64,000 bases of DNA from Octopus sinensis (taxonomy: Eukaryota): positions 10,354,001-10,418,000 of the forward strand of contig NC_043006.1 of the NCBI RefSeq assembly GCF_006345805.1. The letters run 5' to 3'. A program made the translations under genes and the position numbers. Below the pieces are notes generated by a model. The model was given only the letters and a program-made list of their open reading frames with translations, did no database searches and had not been told where the DNA came from. Numbering within the stretch: position 1 is the stretch's first letter; each line of letters starts with the position of its first letter. Positions 1 through 11,733 of the stretch are shown one piece after another.

Positions 1-1496
1 GGTAATTCCAAACTAGACAGCAATATCACTTTAATGCTACGTTCAATAAAAATAATAAGACCGAACTGAAGCACTTGTAATTAGTAGCAGTATCTGCTAG
101 AAACAAACCAAGATATGTTGACCTCTTTATCATGTCTGCACAAAAGAGGAATAAAGTGATTTAGAAATAGGACAAATTCTCTTCATCATGCAAAACCTTG
201 ATCAAGATTGATATATTACCCAGCTGTGCTAACACAAACTCTGTCAGGTAGGGGACAAAGTTGCCAATACTTTAAAAATATATGAGCGATGATTTTAGGA
301 TCTTTTCAAGCATCAATAATGATTTAAGTTAGCGACAAGCCTGTGAATAATACTGTATTTCTCCTCTAAACTCAAAATTTATTTATCTTGAAGTGTGTGC
401 AACACATGTGAATGCCTGTCCAACACATGTTTAGTCAGTCTATCTAACTGTGATTTTCGCCTGTGATTATTTGTATTGCTAGATATGAAATTTCAGATGT
501 CCTATAAAAAGAATCAGAGTTGGCGATTACGATCTATTTAATTTAATAGAAAGTATACTATATACAAGGTGTACGTTATGGGTATATATAATTTAATTTC
601 AAAAGTAGGTCGTTTAGATGTAATCATGCTTATATCGTCATTAACCACGTCAACAAAAGGTGTCTTTATGTGGTCACTTGTCCTTCAAGAGGTAACAGTC
701 AAATCTCCCAGTAACCACAACGCTTGCTCTCTTAAATATAGAAGTTTGCATTTGATAATGTTGTACAAGATTTACATTAAGATAGACAGCCATGTATAAC
801 GGATATTTACACAACACGAACGAGGAGGTGCATTTATGAATATCATCGAATAAGATATATTTATGTGAGGTAAGAGATTAATTAAATTACTAAATGTAAT
901 TCATCGTATGCACTTATTTCATTGTTCGTGAGTCAAGAACTGGCAAGACAATGTAAGAGAGCTAATATCTTAGAGAAGTAAATATTTCAAGCTTGTATTC
1001 ATATATATTAAATATATTACAGTTACAGACATGCAATATTAGTTAGTGGATCTGATATTTTTCCCTACGTTTGTACAGTCCTTTACACTATTATGAAACG
1101 CCATCAACAGCTCAAACCGAGAAGATCAAATGCTATTAGTAGTGATATAACACAAAATAAATCCTACATAAAATATCGTTAATTCAAATACAAGCCTAAG
1201 AATCATTTAGAAATTAGCGTCACTTTTGACAATAAGTATATACTGCTAGAATCATATACTATAAACTTCCAAGTCAGTTCGGTTTGATTTATTGCACTGA
1301 AAGAAGTGAGAGTCTCATATGTGAGCGGATAACTGCGTGATGCTTGCTTTAGACAGAATAAAATATGAGCCTCTAACCATAACTCATTGTACATTAATAT
1401 CTGTCCAATAACATAAAATTTATTTGGAAATTACACCAGTAGAATGAGCATCCAAACAAAACTATTTACTTCTTCAGAAATATATACGCCTTGAAG

Positions 1497-2231
1497 TTGG
1501 AGAGCTGACAGAAACGTTAGCACGCCGGGCGAAATGCTTAGCGGTATTTCGTCTGCTGCTACGTTCTGAGTTCAAATTCCACCGAGGTCGACTTTGCTTT
1601 TCAGCCTTTCGGGGTCGATAAACTAACTACCAGTTACGCACAGGCGTTGATGTAATCGGCTTAATCTGTTTGTCTATCCTTGTTTGTCCTCTCTGTGTTT
1701 AGCCCCTTGTGGGTAGTAAAGAAATAGGTATTTCGTCTGCCGCTACGTTCTGGGGTCGATATAATCGACTTGATCCGTTTGTCTGTCCTTGTTTGTCTCC
1801 TCTGTTTGTAGCCCCCTGTAGGCAGTAAAGAAATCAGAAACGTTAGCACGCCGGGCGAAATGCTAGGCGGTATTTCGTCTGCGTTACGTTGTGAGTTCAA
1901 ATTCCGCCGGGGTCGACTTTGCCTTTCATCCTTTCGGGGTCGATAAATTAAGTACCAGTTACGCACTGGGGTCGATGTAATCGACTTCATACCTATGTCT
2001 TTCCTTGTTTGTCCCCTCTGTGTTTAGCCCCTCGTGAGTAATAAAGAAATAAAAATAGGTATTTCGTCTGCCGCTACGCTCTGAGGTCAAATTCTGTCGA
2101 GGTTGACTTAGCCTTTCATCCTTTCGGGGACGATTAAATAAGTACCAGTTACGCACTGGGGTCGATGTAATCGACTTAGTCCTTGTTTGACCCCTCTATG
2201 TTTAGCCCCTTATGGGCAATAAAGAAATAAG
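1497..2231 (+). mobile_element. Concatemeric array of tRNA-derived SINE family A (about 4 partial or complete units)
   Basis: Head GAGCTGACAGAAACGTTAGCACGCCGGGCGAAATGC, B-box-like GAGTTCAAATTCC, central GAGGTCGACTTTGCCTTTCATCCTTTCGGGGTCGATAAATTAAGTACCAG and 3' end TTAGCCCCTTGTGGGTAGTAAAGAAATA all recur. The same family is at 19978 and 44386. Confidence 0.85.
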
Positions 2232-2319
2232 GTCTATTTACTTTTTCGACAAATTCAAAAACAAGTGAACGGCCAAGTTGTTTCTTCTGTTTTGTTTTGT
2301 TTAAATAAACTTTCTATTG

Positions 2320-2577
2320 GGATGGATGGAAGCACTCCGTCGGTTACGACGATGAGGGTTCCGGTTGATCCAACCAACGGAACAGCCTGCTCGTGAAATT
2401 AACGTGTAAGTGGCTGAGCACTCCACAGACACGTGTACCCTTAACGTAGTTCTCGGGGATATTCAGCGTGACACAGGGAGTGACAAGGCCGGCCCTTTGA
2501 AATACAGGTACAACAGAAACAGGAAGAAAGAGTGAGAGAAAGTTGTGGTGAAAGAGTACAGCACGGATCACCACCAT
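2320..2577 (-). mobile_element. SINE family C (tRNA-Arg-derived, OR1-like), 5'-truncated
   Basis: Near-identical to the bodies at 11356, 44994 and 59410 (GGAAGCACTCCGTCGGTTACGACG...GAAAGAGTACAGC). The tRNA head is missing. Confidence 0.85.
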
Positions 2578-2925
2578 CATTCAGCGGGGTCTCTACTTTG
2601 CCTGTTCGCCTGATGACAAGCCATATCTCATGCAGCTCGCTTCTCGGAAAAGGTTGCTCATGCCAGGTTCAAATGCTGCTTTACTAAAGAGAGATCAATT
2701 ATAAGCCTGTGGCTCCAAACATTTTCGGGCTGCTGTCTCCTTGGCACCAGGCCCACATTCCTAGCTCTCCCCACCACTTATCACCACAAATATAGACCCC
2801 TTTCTGCGGCAAATTCAAAACAACTGTATTTCACAAATAACACTTAACCTGATTAACCCATTATTTTGAATTTTTATTTTACATCTCTCGCCCCCTTTCG
2901 ACCAGCCCATTATCCCGTCGTTGTG

Positions 2926-3180
2926 TTAACGATTCTGCTAGGTTGTTGCCTTAAAAAACAACAATAATGTTTCTTTTTTAATACAGGTAAAAAGCCTAAA
3001 ATTTGGGGCGGGTTTTAGCCGATTAGATTGACCCCAGTTTTTCACTGGTACTTTATTTTATTGACACCAGAAGGGATGGAAAAAAATGACCTCGGCGAAC
3101 CTTGAACTCAGAATGAACCGGGAGAAATTCCCCTTAGCATTTTGTCCGGCGTGGTTACAATTCTGCTAGTTCGCTGCTTC
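2926..3180 (-). mobile_element. Degenerate SINE family A copy
   Basis: Reverse complement contains GCGAACTAGCAGAATTGTAACCACGCCGGACAAAATGCTAAG and TCTGAGTTCAAGGTTCGCCGAGGTC. Confidence 0.65.
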
Positions 3181-3292
3181 TTGTAATACTTATGTTCAAA
3201 GTTATCATCAGCAGATGGTATAAGTGGTCGCTGCCTTAAATCGAAACCGGACTGTTCAAAATAAAAATAAAGATTCTTTCAGCTTGACGCCT

Positions 3293-3331
<39 letters not shown>

Positions 3332-3367
3332 AACTATCAGCCAATTTCAAAGACACACACACACACG

Positions 3368-3402
<35 letters not shown>
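3293..3402. repeat. (TAC)n and (CA)n microsatellites
   Basis: Read directly from the sequence. Confidence 0.95.
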
Positions 3403-3403
<1 letters not shown>

Positions 3404-3561
3404 TATAAATCGGAAAATGTGTGAGATCCTTGGTACAGTTTGGTATATTTGGAAAAAGAAAAAGAATGACTTCACTGGAAGTTCTAATCAGTTTAAGTGT
3501 TAATAATATAATTTTACAGTTTGGTTTGTAAATCTCTGGGGAGGTTTTTTAAAGATACCTC

Positions 3562-4002
3562 ACTCTTACTCTTTTTATTCTTTTACTTGTGTCAGTCATG
3601 TGACTGCGGCCATGCTGGAGCACCACCTTTATTCGAGCAAATCGACCCCCCAGGACTTATTCTTTGTAATCCTAGTATTTATTCTATCGTTCTCTTTTGC
3701 CGAACTGCCAAGTTACGCGTGCGTAAACACACCAGAATCGGTTGTCAAGCGATATTGGTAGTGGGGACAAACACAGACACACAAACATATACACACTCAC
3801 GCACACACATATATATATCTTTATATATATATATATATATACGACGGGCTTTTTTCAGTTTCCATCTACCAAATCCACTCACAAGGCTTTGGTCGGCCCG
3901 AGGCTATAGTAGAAGACGCTTGACCAAGATGCCATGTAGTGGGACTGAACCCAGAACCATGTGGTTAGTAAGCAAGCTACTTACCACAAAGCCACTCCTA
4001 CA
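3562..4002 (-). mobile_element. SINE family B (tRNA head, CORE-like segment, internal microsatellite; OR2-like)
   Basis: Minus strand reads GTAGGAGTGGCTTTGTGGTAAGTAGC...GGTTCAGTCCC...ATCTTGGTCAAGCGTCTTC, with a GTAAAAGA-type repeat tail. Homologous to 31165, 57109 and 61970. Confidence 0.85.
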
Positions 4003-4679
4003 CCTTGTTAACTTATCTGGAGAAATTTGTAGCATTCGTCGGTGGCGGCTCTCAAACTGATTTTCAGGTTGTGTTGTACTGTGTGATTCTATATATAAGA
4101 GATTTGGGTGTGTCTGCAGTGGGGTTGGGGTTTGTTAATAACAAGTGCGAGAATGAAGGTGTGTTGGTGAATCAGGGCTGTAAGACAATAGTGAATGGTA
4201 AAAACAAGATAATTGATTGAGAGTGGAGTTAGGAGGTGATGGGGGTGTTTAATGAGTGTTTTATGAAGGGCTTAAGGAATTCCCCTCCTGATTGTTCCAT
4301 TTGGATAGTTGACCATTGGTGAAAAATATAATGGTCAGATGTTTCTCAAACTTTTTTTATGGCTGAATCAACTATATCAATTTCATAAAGAGAAGCTTCA
4401 GTAATTCTCTATGTTAAAGATGAGTTTAGATGTGTGTCTGGGGAGAGAGGTAATGAATTGCTAGATAATGCCTTTTGATAAAAAGGGAATGATAGCAGAG
4501 AGAAAAAAAATAAGGTTAGTTTTGTAATGTTTGTTGATAGAAATGTATTTTTCATATATTGGTTATGTTGGGTACTTAGCGTCTGCTGTATATTATTTGT
4601 GAGTCTTTTATGAGTGCATTCATTTTGGGGGATTGCTGGAGAATTGGGAGATATTGTTTGGTGGCTTTCAATCTAAAAA

Positions 4680-5095
4680 CACTACTCACCAAGGCGAAAT
4701 TTACGTCCAACATTGAAATGCGGGGACTCTTGATGCGGAACTTGTGAATATATTGAAGAAGGTGGACAAATCTACTTTAAAAAAATGAGATTTTCAAAGT
4801 TAATGCAAACATTAATTGCAAAAAAAAAAAAATACTGTGCAACTTGCCTACAATGTAAAGAACACTACATTGGTGAAACCGGAACGGGACTGCATGACAG
4901 AGTTCGTGTACATAAACAACAAATTAGAGACCCCTCTGTCAGAAACACCACTTGCAGTGAACCCTTCGCATCATGCGGAAAGGGAAAATTCACAATCTTC
5001 CCCTTCTTTAAGTTATAGTCGGACAATGAGCATTTTAGGAAATGTAAAAAAGAATTCTTCATTAGAAAGGACAAACCACTACTAAACACACACAA
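4680..5095 (+). pseudogene. Penelope-like retroelement C-terminal GIY-YIG endonuclease fragment (Neptune-like), degraded
   Basis: Translation gives KCGDS*CGTCEYIEEG...YCATCLQCKEHYIGETG..LHDRVRVHKQQIRDP...FTIFPF...EFFI....PLLN: a Cys linker plus the YIG-ET / R..H / E / LN motifs of PLE GIY-YIG, with frameshifts and stops. Confidence 0.8.
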
Positions 5096-5919
5096 AAATG
5101 ATATTTTACCCACCCCCAATAACTGGATTCTCTCTTTGTTTTTAAAAAAGATGCATATATATAAATAGAGGTAGATGACACCGAGACTTTCAATGATTCG
5201 ATCGTTGAAAAGAAGAACAACCCTCGGAGGTACACTACCATTTCACTAATCCCACCCCCAATGTATATGTGAACTTAGATACTAGATACGTATGCACATG
5301 TGTGTGTATACGTATGCATGTGTCTGAAGGTATATATAAATATACTGGTGTGAGTGTATCATGTGGTTTAGCAAAAACAATTATTTGGAAGTGAATAATT
5401 CTGTTGTTGTTGTTGTCGTTATCATTGAGTAGACCGAATAATTATAATTAGCGAGACCTGTGACTATTTCACGAGTTAATAGTTATTTATGAAAACTTTA
5501 TTTAAAAAAACCTGAAAGCGTAGCCAGTGTTGTGTCTGGAAAGATTAGTGGCTCATCTGCTACTCATTGAAAAGTGAAAGAAATTGGAATGCGATGATTA
5601 CTTATTGGACTTTATATATACACTTTATATACTTTATGCACAATTTTATAGACTTAATACACAACACTCATAAAATAAATATTCACTGTTATTTTTCCAT
5701 TTTCCCCATAAACAAAAAAAAAGAAAAATATCTCATACATATGATACAACCTTTAGATAAATTGCATATATTCTGCCACGTAAATAAGCGTAAATATTTC
5801 ACAGAATTGCATTTGAACGCATGCGTTCAGGGATTGGTGATATAAAAAATTTAGTTCAATTTAAAAAAAAACACTTTTCGATATTCAATCACCACCACCA
5901 CCACCAACTCCACCAGAAC

Positions 5920-6745
5920 CACCACTGGCCTTCCATTCTTTATGATTTTGCCACCACTGGCCTTACATACTTTGTGATCTTGGCACCGCTGGCCCTCCAT
6001 ACTTTATGATTTTACCACCGCTGGCTTTCCATACTTTGGATGAAATTTTCGAAAATTTTCACCTAAAAAATGTTTGTGGGTGTATGGCGTTCCATACTTT
6101 GTGATTTTGGTACCGCTGGCCCTCCATACTTTATGATTTTAACACCCCTGGCTCTCCATACTTTGTGATTTTGGCACCGCTGGTTTTCCATACTTTGGGG
6201 AAAATTTTCACCGTAAATTTTACAAAAAATTTTCCGAAAATTTTCACGGAAAATTTTCCCCGAAAATTTTTCGAAAATTTTCCTCAAAAATTTTTCGGTA
6301 ATTTTTACCGAAAATTTTCCTCAAAAATTATTCGAAAATTTTCACCGAAAATTTTCTCCAAAAATTCTTCGAAAATTTTCACCGAGAAAATTTTGAAGGA
6401 GAGTATGGCCTTCCATACTTTGTGATTTTGGGTAAAATTTTCGGTGACAATTTTCGAAAACTTCTTGAGAGGAAAATTTTAAGAAATCTTTGGTGAAAAT
6501 TTTCGAAACATTTTTGGGTAAAATTTTCAAAAATGTTTTTGGCAAAATCTTCGGTGAAAATATTCGAATTTTGAGAAATTTTTGGGGAAAATTTTCGGTT
6601 TTTGAAAAATTTTTGGGGAAAATTTTTGGGTAAAATTTTCAGAAAATAATTGGTTAAAATTTTCGAAAAATTTTTGGTATAATTTTCGATGAAAATTTTC
6701 TAAAAATTTTTGGGGGAAATTTTCGGCACAAATTTTCGAAAAATC
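5920..6745. repeat. Compound minisatellite: ~30-bp CCATACTTTGTGATTTTGGCACCGCTGGCC units plus ~10-11-bp palindromic GAAAATTTTC units
   Basis: About 8 copies of the 30-mer (5923-6197 and 6408-6430), then dozens of degenerate (C)GAAAATTTTC units. This explains the FSKIF-type pseudo-ORFs. Confidence 0.85.
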
Positions 6746-7117
6746 ACTGCATTTGTGTCGAAAATCAGAAAACTTTAAATGCAATAACTACGGGAAAAAA
6801 AGAAGAAAATCAAATACAGCGCATATATCGGTAACTGATCTCGTGTAAAAGGACGATATCATGGAGTTCCTTGTCAAAAATGTTAGTCAGGTTACTTGCA
6901 ACAATATTGCTTGTGCTAAGGTTTCCTCTGGACAAAGACATCTGGCATATTTCACATATTTGCAAGTCCCCGATATATATATGGTTCCGCAAATATCGGA
7001 CAGTTGTCGTTGGGGATTAAAGCATGTAAATGTGCTGAAAAAGGCAATTGTTGTAAATTGATTTTTGTTTGTTCAGGTGTAAATGCTATTAATTTATAAC
7101 TCACGTGTCCATTAGTG

Positions 7118-7342
7118 TAGTGGTTCTCAACCAAAGTTCATATGGTCCTTAGGTTCCTAATATACTATTTATGCTTCTGCAATACACGAAATATATTAAT
7201 AATATCTTTTCTACAATTCCTAATAATATTTTATCACAAAAATACAAAAAGGAGTTTTCAAACAGTGAATGTCAAGAAGCGTTCATACTCATAAAATAGT
7301 AATCAAAGGGGTACCTATGCCAAATACGGTTGAGAAACAGTG
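7118..7342. mobile_element. hAT (Charlie/MER5-like) MITE
   Basis: TIRs TAGTGGTTCTCAACC (7118-7132) and GGTTGAGAAACAGTG (7328-7342); ~225 bp; no ORF. Confidence 0.65.
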
Positions 7343-9261
7343 CCTTAAAAAAATTAGTATACTGTAAACATTCTTCGATGACCGAGACCCATTAAATAAC
7401 TTGGAGATAATGGAAGCTAGCTGTGAAGCGTAATGTCTGAAGATAATGAGACGGATACCATCCTGTGGTGTAGTTTATGTAAGATTTACTCTTTCTGACA
7501 TTCCGCACAGAATGACAAATCGAAAGATATGAGAATTGCTTTATTCCTGTTGTACAGTTTATAGCGGGAAACAAAACTGCAAAGAATGGAGAGTCATTTT
7601 CATCAAATATGCGACTTGCGAGACATTATATTTGAGGAATAATGACAAGAAATACTACATAAAGTTGGCAGAAATTCTTCTCACAAGGGACAGAGCCTCT
7701 TGTTAAGCTTGGAAAATGAATGAGCTATTTAATACGCTCTACAACTCTCTGAGACAACAGTCATTTTTCTTTGCATTGTCTTAAAGCACAATCAATATAT
7801 GTATCCAGGGGCTCTAATGATTTACGTTGACTTTATAAAATGACAACTGATACATAAATTGTTGAAAAAAGTGATACCCTACACTTACACCAGTGAATAA
7901 ATCAGTTGATGCCCTTTGCTGACATTCATTACAATACTTTGTATAATGTATACTCCTTATATAACGTATAAATTATAATTTGATTTTTATATGATTATAC
8001 AATATTTATATATGTGAAGTAAATTAGCTTAACACGATTCTCTAACCTAATTCGTAGGTTCGGTTACTGAGATATTCCCTACTTAAATGGCAGTAATTTA
8101 AAAGATTTTAAAACTCAGAATACATGAATTTGCAATGTGTATGACATTCTCAAAATAGCGGTATAAGTTGTAATGCTGTTATTTCAATAAAAAATCAACA
8201 CCTCATTTGAGTCTCGATTTGCCAACAATTCATTCTTTACAAAATGAAGCTTTATAACCGATATCAAATGCACCAGATTTGCTGACAAGTCAGTAAATCT
8301 ATAATGTAAATAAAAGGCTTCGAAAGAGTAACGCAAAATATATATGTATGAATCGATACGGTAGAACGAAAGGCTCTTCATGACATGATCAGATCGACTT
8401 TTGTTAGGTTTGTTTTAGACGTGAAGACAGGTGAGTTGCTTATGTTTCACTACGTGTGTAACGCTAACGAAGGGCAACTATTAATGATTTCGTAATTGCT
8501 ATTAACATTAGTCAATGCATATCACATTTTATATAGCGTCCAATTAGACGGGAGAAGAAAGCATCTAATTAGCATTCCAACATATTTCTGAACTATATAT
8601 GTATACATATACGTGAGTTTCTGTACATATCTATGTGTATGTATGCATATATGGGTACAGGACGTTATCAACTGTGTAAACATGAAGTAAGAAAACAAAC
8701 GAGTTAAATTCGCACACGAGAGAGAAATGGAATATAGGACAAGCAACACAGGGAACGACCCTCCATCAGTTGTCGGCACTCTATCTACTCCTCATTTCGA
8801 GCATTCAACGACAATATGAGTCTTCGAAGAATTTTGGATTTATGGGGGGGGGGTCAATGTTGGGAACAAAAATAGGAGAGCGAAGACATACAAGGAAACC
8901 GAACGAAAACAAGCATGGAGGGTCGTTAAATTAGAACGAGAGGAAAATAGTGAACGCTGCGAGAAATATTTTCTTTCAAAGGGGAAAAGATACAATCGGG
9001 AAAAAGAGAACGTCCAGTCCTAAGAACGTCATGCAGGAAAATAAAGATGGGCACGTGAGGAAAAAGATGGACGATGGTCTTGTGTGAGCAACGACAGAGA
9101 GAAAAAGAGAAAGAGGGAGAGAGAGAGAGACATATAGAAAACGGTGAAGGAGAGTAAAAGGGAATTAGAGATAGTATAGAGTAGAGTCGCATCTAAAAAG
9201 TTATGATAAACCTACTTGGAAATGGATGCGTGGCCTTCAGTTATATAATAATATAAATAAT

Positions 9262-9724
9262 CATGCGCAAGGCCCAGCTGAGATGGGCGGGCCACGTCTC
9301 CCGCATGTCCGACACTCGCATCCCAAAACAGCTCTTCTACGGTGAACTCGGCCAGGGCAGGCGCAAAGTCGGAGGGCAGAAAAAGCGCTACAAGGATAGT
9401 CTCAAGGTCTCTCTCAAAGACTTCTTCATCGGAACAGAGACCTGGGAGACACTTGCTGCCAACCGCTCATCCTGGCGCAGCGCAATCACCGTGGGAGCAG
9501 GGACAGCCGAGGAGGGACGGATTCGGTCAGCGGAGCAGAAACGTCAGATGCGTAAAGTCAGAGCCGCCTGCACCAGTAGCACTGCCCCTACCCACTTCTG
9601 CCCCACCTGTGGGAGGGGCTTCCTTGCCCGGATTGGCCTCACCAGCCACCTCCGGTCTCATGGCGGCAGTTCCATCAGATGATGTCAGTTGGTCATCTTC
9701 GAACCGAAGGACGAACATTATTAT
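9262..9724 (+). mobile_element. RTE-clade LINE, 5'-truncated 3' end with intact reading frame
   Basis: ORF 9263-9682 has QLRWAGHVSRMSDTRIPKQLFYGEL..GRRKVGGQKKRYKDSLK and a C-terminal CPTCGRGF..RIGLTSHLRSH zinc finger. Short 3' UTR with a CTTCG-AAC-CGAAG hairpin, (ATT)n tail, and 13-bp TSD TAATATAAATAAT at 9249-9261 and 9725-9737. Confidence 0.92.
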
Positions 9725-9878
9725 TAATATAAATAATAAAACGTATGATAATATTCGGGAACAACCTTGTACAAGGAATGCCATACAAAGCTCAATCTGT
9801 ATCATTACAGAAGATTATTTCTAGACTGCCATATTAGCTTGTCGATAACTATTAACACACACACACACACACACACAC

Positions 9879-9910
<32 letters not shown>

Positions 9911-10628
9911 CAAACTCAAAAAGGCAGATGGAGTGGTAAAATCTTAACACCTCTGTGGGAAAGAAAGTCAACTGTTCTAAATCGTATTAAGGCACATGCG
10001 CACTGTTCATTGACGGATTGAATGGTGTGTGCGGGCGCGCACCGAAGACAGTCGTAAACATCGTTGAGAAGACATATTGTTTGTTACTTGGTGTTTCTGA
10101 TTTATATTTGTATTGTTACAACCTTGTTATAAGTCCACGTTATAAAGTGGAATATACAGTGAGTTGAAAGAAGCATGTAACGGTGTTGATGAGACACGAC
10201 AACTTGCATTCCTGAACTTAGAATTTTTAGAAAAGTAACCGGAGATGAGATCTCTGTTTATTTCCCCTGCGTAATCACACTATATATTGCTTCTGTTGTT
10301 ACTATCATTACAGAAGATTAACAAAATTGTTTCTAACAAAAGTTATTGAATAATGGATACAAAACCTGATAATAAGTTGCAACTGGAAAATTTGAAAGCA
10401 ACAAAAACGTAAAACCAAATTTTTAAGTGAAAACCTCGATTTCTACTTTATTCGTTGTTATTCCTGTATTAAGTAATTCATATCGTCTCAAGTACAAAAT
10501 TCACTTGACAGCAAAGAAGCAAAGTATCCTACAATTCTATACGCATAGGCAAGATAACCACAATTCTCTCTCGACAACAAGTAAAATGATATGACATATG
10601 GGCGTAAATCTAGACATCATTATCAGAT

Positions 10629-10670
<42 letters not shown>

Positions 10671-10776
10671 GTAGTCAATAATAATAAGGGTAAAATTAAT
10701 TAGTTAATTAGTAATTAATAATTTTACGAAGCAGTGTTCAGTATGTAAAAGGACCATATACGGTAAATATAAACAT

Positions 10777-10880
10777 TACTTTATATAATTAGGGTTCAGC
10801 AAAAAAATTGCTTTACCACACACTAAACGTTCGGTGTGTGATAAAGTAATTTTTTTGCTGAACCCTAATTATATAAAGTA
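10777..10880. repeat. Near-perfect ~50-bp-arm palindrome (fold-back fragment)
   Basis: TACTTTATATAATTAGGGTTCAGCAAAAAAATT...CACACAC pairs with GTGTGTG...AATTTTTTTGCTGAACCCTAATTATATAAAGTA; the axis is at AACGTT. Confidence 0.9.
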
Positions 10881-10891
10881 TATATATATAT

Positions 10892-11258
10892 TCAAAGTGA
10901 GCAACAAGAATATCTTCAGTAATTTGGTACGATCTTTTCATGCTTCATCATTTTATTAAACATTGTAAGTATTGCATCAGTTTTAAAATGTTGAGCAATC
11001 TTCACCCATTCATGGGCGTTTTCCATCAATACATATACGTATCTACCCTCTGTTTTTCTACCTTCAGTTTATCTACCCTCTATATAATGTTAGCAATTGA
11101 CATGTAAATAAGTATATGTTTTGATGGAAAACCTCCATGAATGGCTGAAGATTGCTCAAAATTTTAAAACTGATGTAATACTTACAACGTTTAATAAAAT
11201 GAGGTAGCACGAAACGATCGTACCAAATTGACGAAGATATTCTTGTTGTTTACTTTGA
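10892..11258. repeat. Inverted repeat (~147-bp arms, 73-bp spacer) of an HHR-bearing PLE/retrozyme-like element
   Basis: 10892-11038 is a diverged reverse complement of 11112-11258. The element continues to ~11335 and is homologous to 60773-60983. Confidence 0.88.
11142..11225 (+). ncRNA. Type I hammerhead ribozyme motif with extended stem II
   Basis: TGG-CTGAAGA-t-TGCT...(~50 nt hairpin)...AGCA-c-GAA-ACG AT CGT-A-CCA. Full CUGANGA/GAAA/UH core, stem I TGG/CCA, palindromic stem III, predicted cleavage after A11222. Confidence 0.7.
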
Positions 11259-11355
11259 TTATCTGGTTTTATATGGATAATACCGTACAAAATTCTGGTG
11301 CATCTGACTTAAGTACCATATTCAAGTGAATCTAAATTTTGCTGAACTTATATAT

Positions 11356-11733
11356 GGAATGGAAGCACTCCGTCGGTTACGACGATGAGGGTTCCGGTTG
11401 ATCCGACCAACGGAACAGCCTGCTCGTGAATTTAACGTGTAAGTGGCTGAGCACTCCACAGACACGTGTACCCTTAACGTAGTTCTCGGGGATATTCAGC
11501 GTGACACAGAGAGTGACAAGGCCGGCCCTTTGAAATACAGGTACAACAAAAACAGGAAGTAAGAGTGAGAGAAAGTTGTGGTGAAAGAGTACAGCAGGGA
11601 TCGCCACCGCCCCCTGCAGTGGAGCTTTAGGTGTTTTCGGTCAATAAACACTCACAACGCCCGGTCTGGGAATCGAAACCGCGATCCTACGACCGCGAGT
11701 CCGCTGCCCTAACCACTGGGCCATTGGGCTTCC
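11356..11733 (-). mobile_element. SINE family C (tRNA-Arg-derived), full length
   Basis: Minus-strand head TGGCCCAGTGGTTAGGGCAGCGGACTCGCGGTC...GGTTTCGATTCCC (A box, TCG anticodon-like loop, B box). TSD GAACTTATATAT at 11344-11355 and 11734-11745. Confidence 0.9.

Noticed and set aside
2606-2660. CTGATGA...GAAA after SINE C
   Set aside because: Stem II is out of register and stem III does not pair; compatible with chance.
3521-4060. Recurring 'protein family' ORFs (RRASFSFRLPNPLTRLWSARGYSRR; AVLFHHNFLSL...) at 3521, 31231, 57223, 62148, 2344, 11377 and 59463
   Set aside because: These are chance frames through SINE B and C copies, with inconsistent starts, stops and frames.
5920-6200. CRISPR-like regular ~30-bp repeats
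   Set aside because: Units are contiguous with no unique spacers, there are no cas genes, and the context is eukaryotic.
8640-8925. Probable repeat with HHR-like words on the minus strand (TCGAAGA...GAAA; CTGATGGA)
   Set aside because: It is a single copy here and no consistent three-stem fold could be built.
11660-11733. tRNA-Arg-like sequences (also at 19860-19929 and 45300-45373)
   Set aside because: They are SINE heads fused to a SINE body and flanked by TSDs, not tRNA genes.
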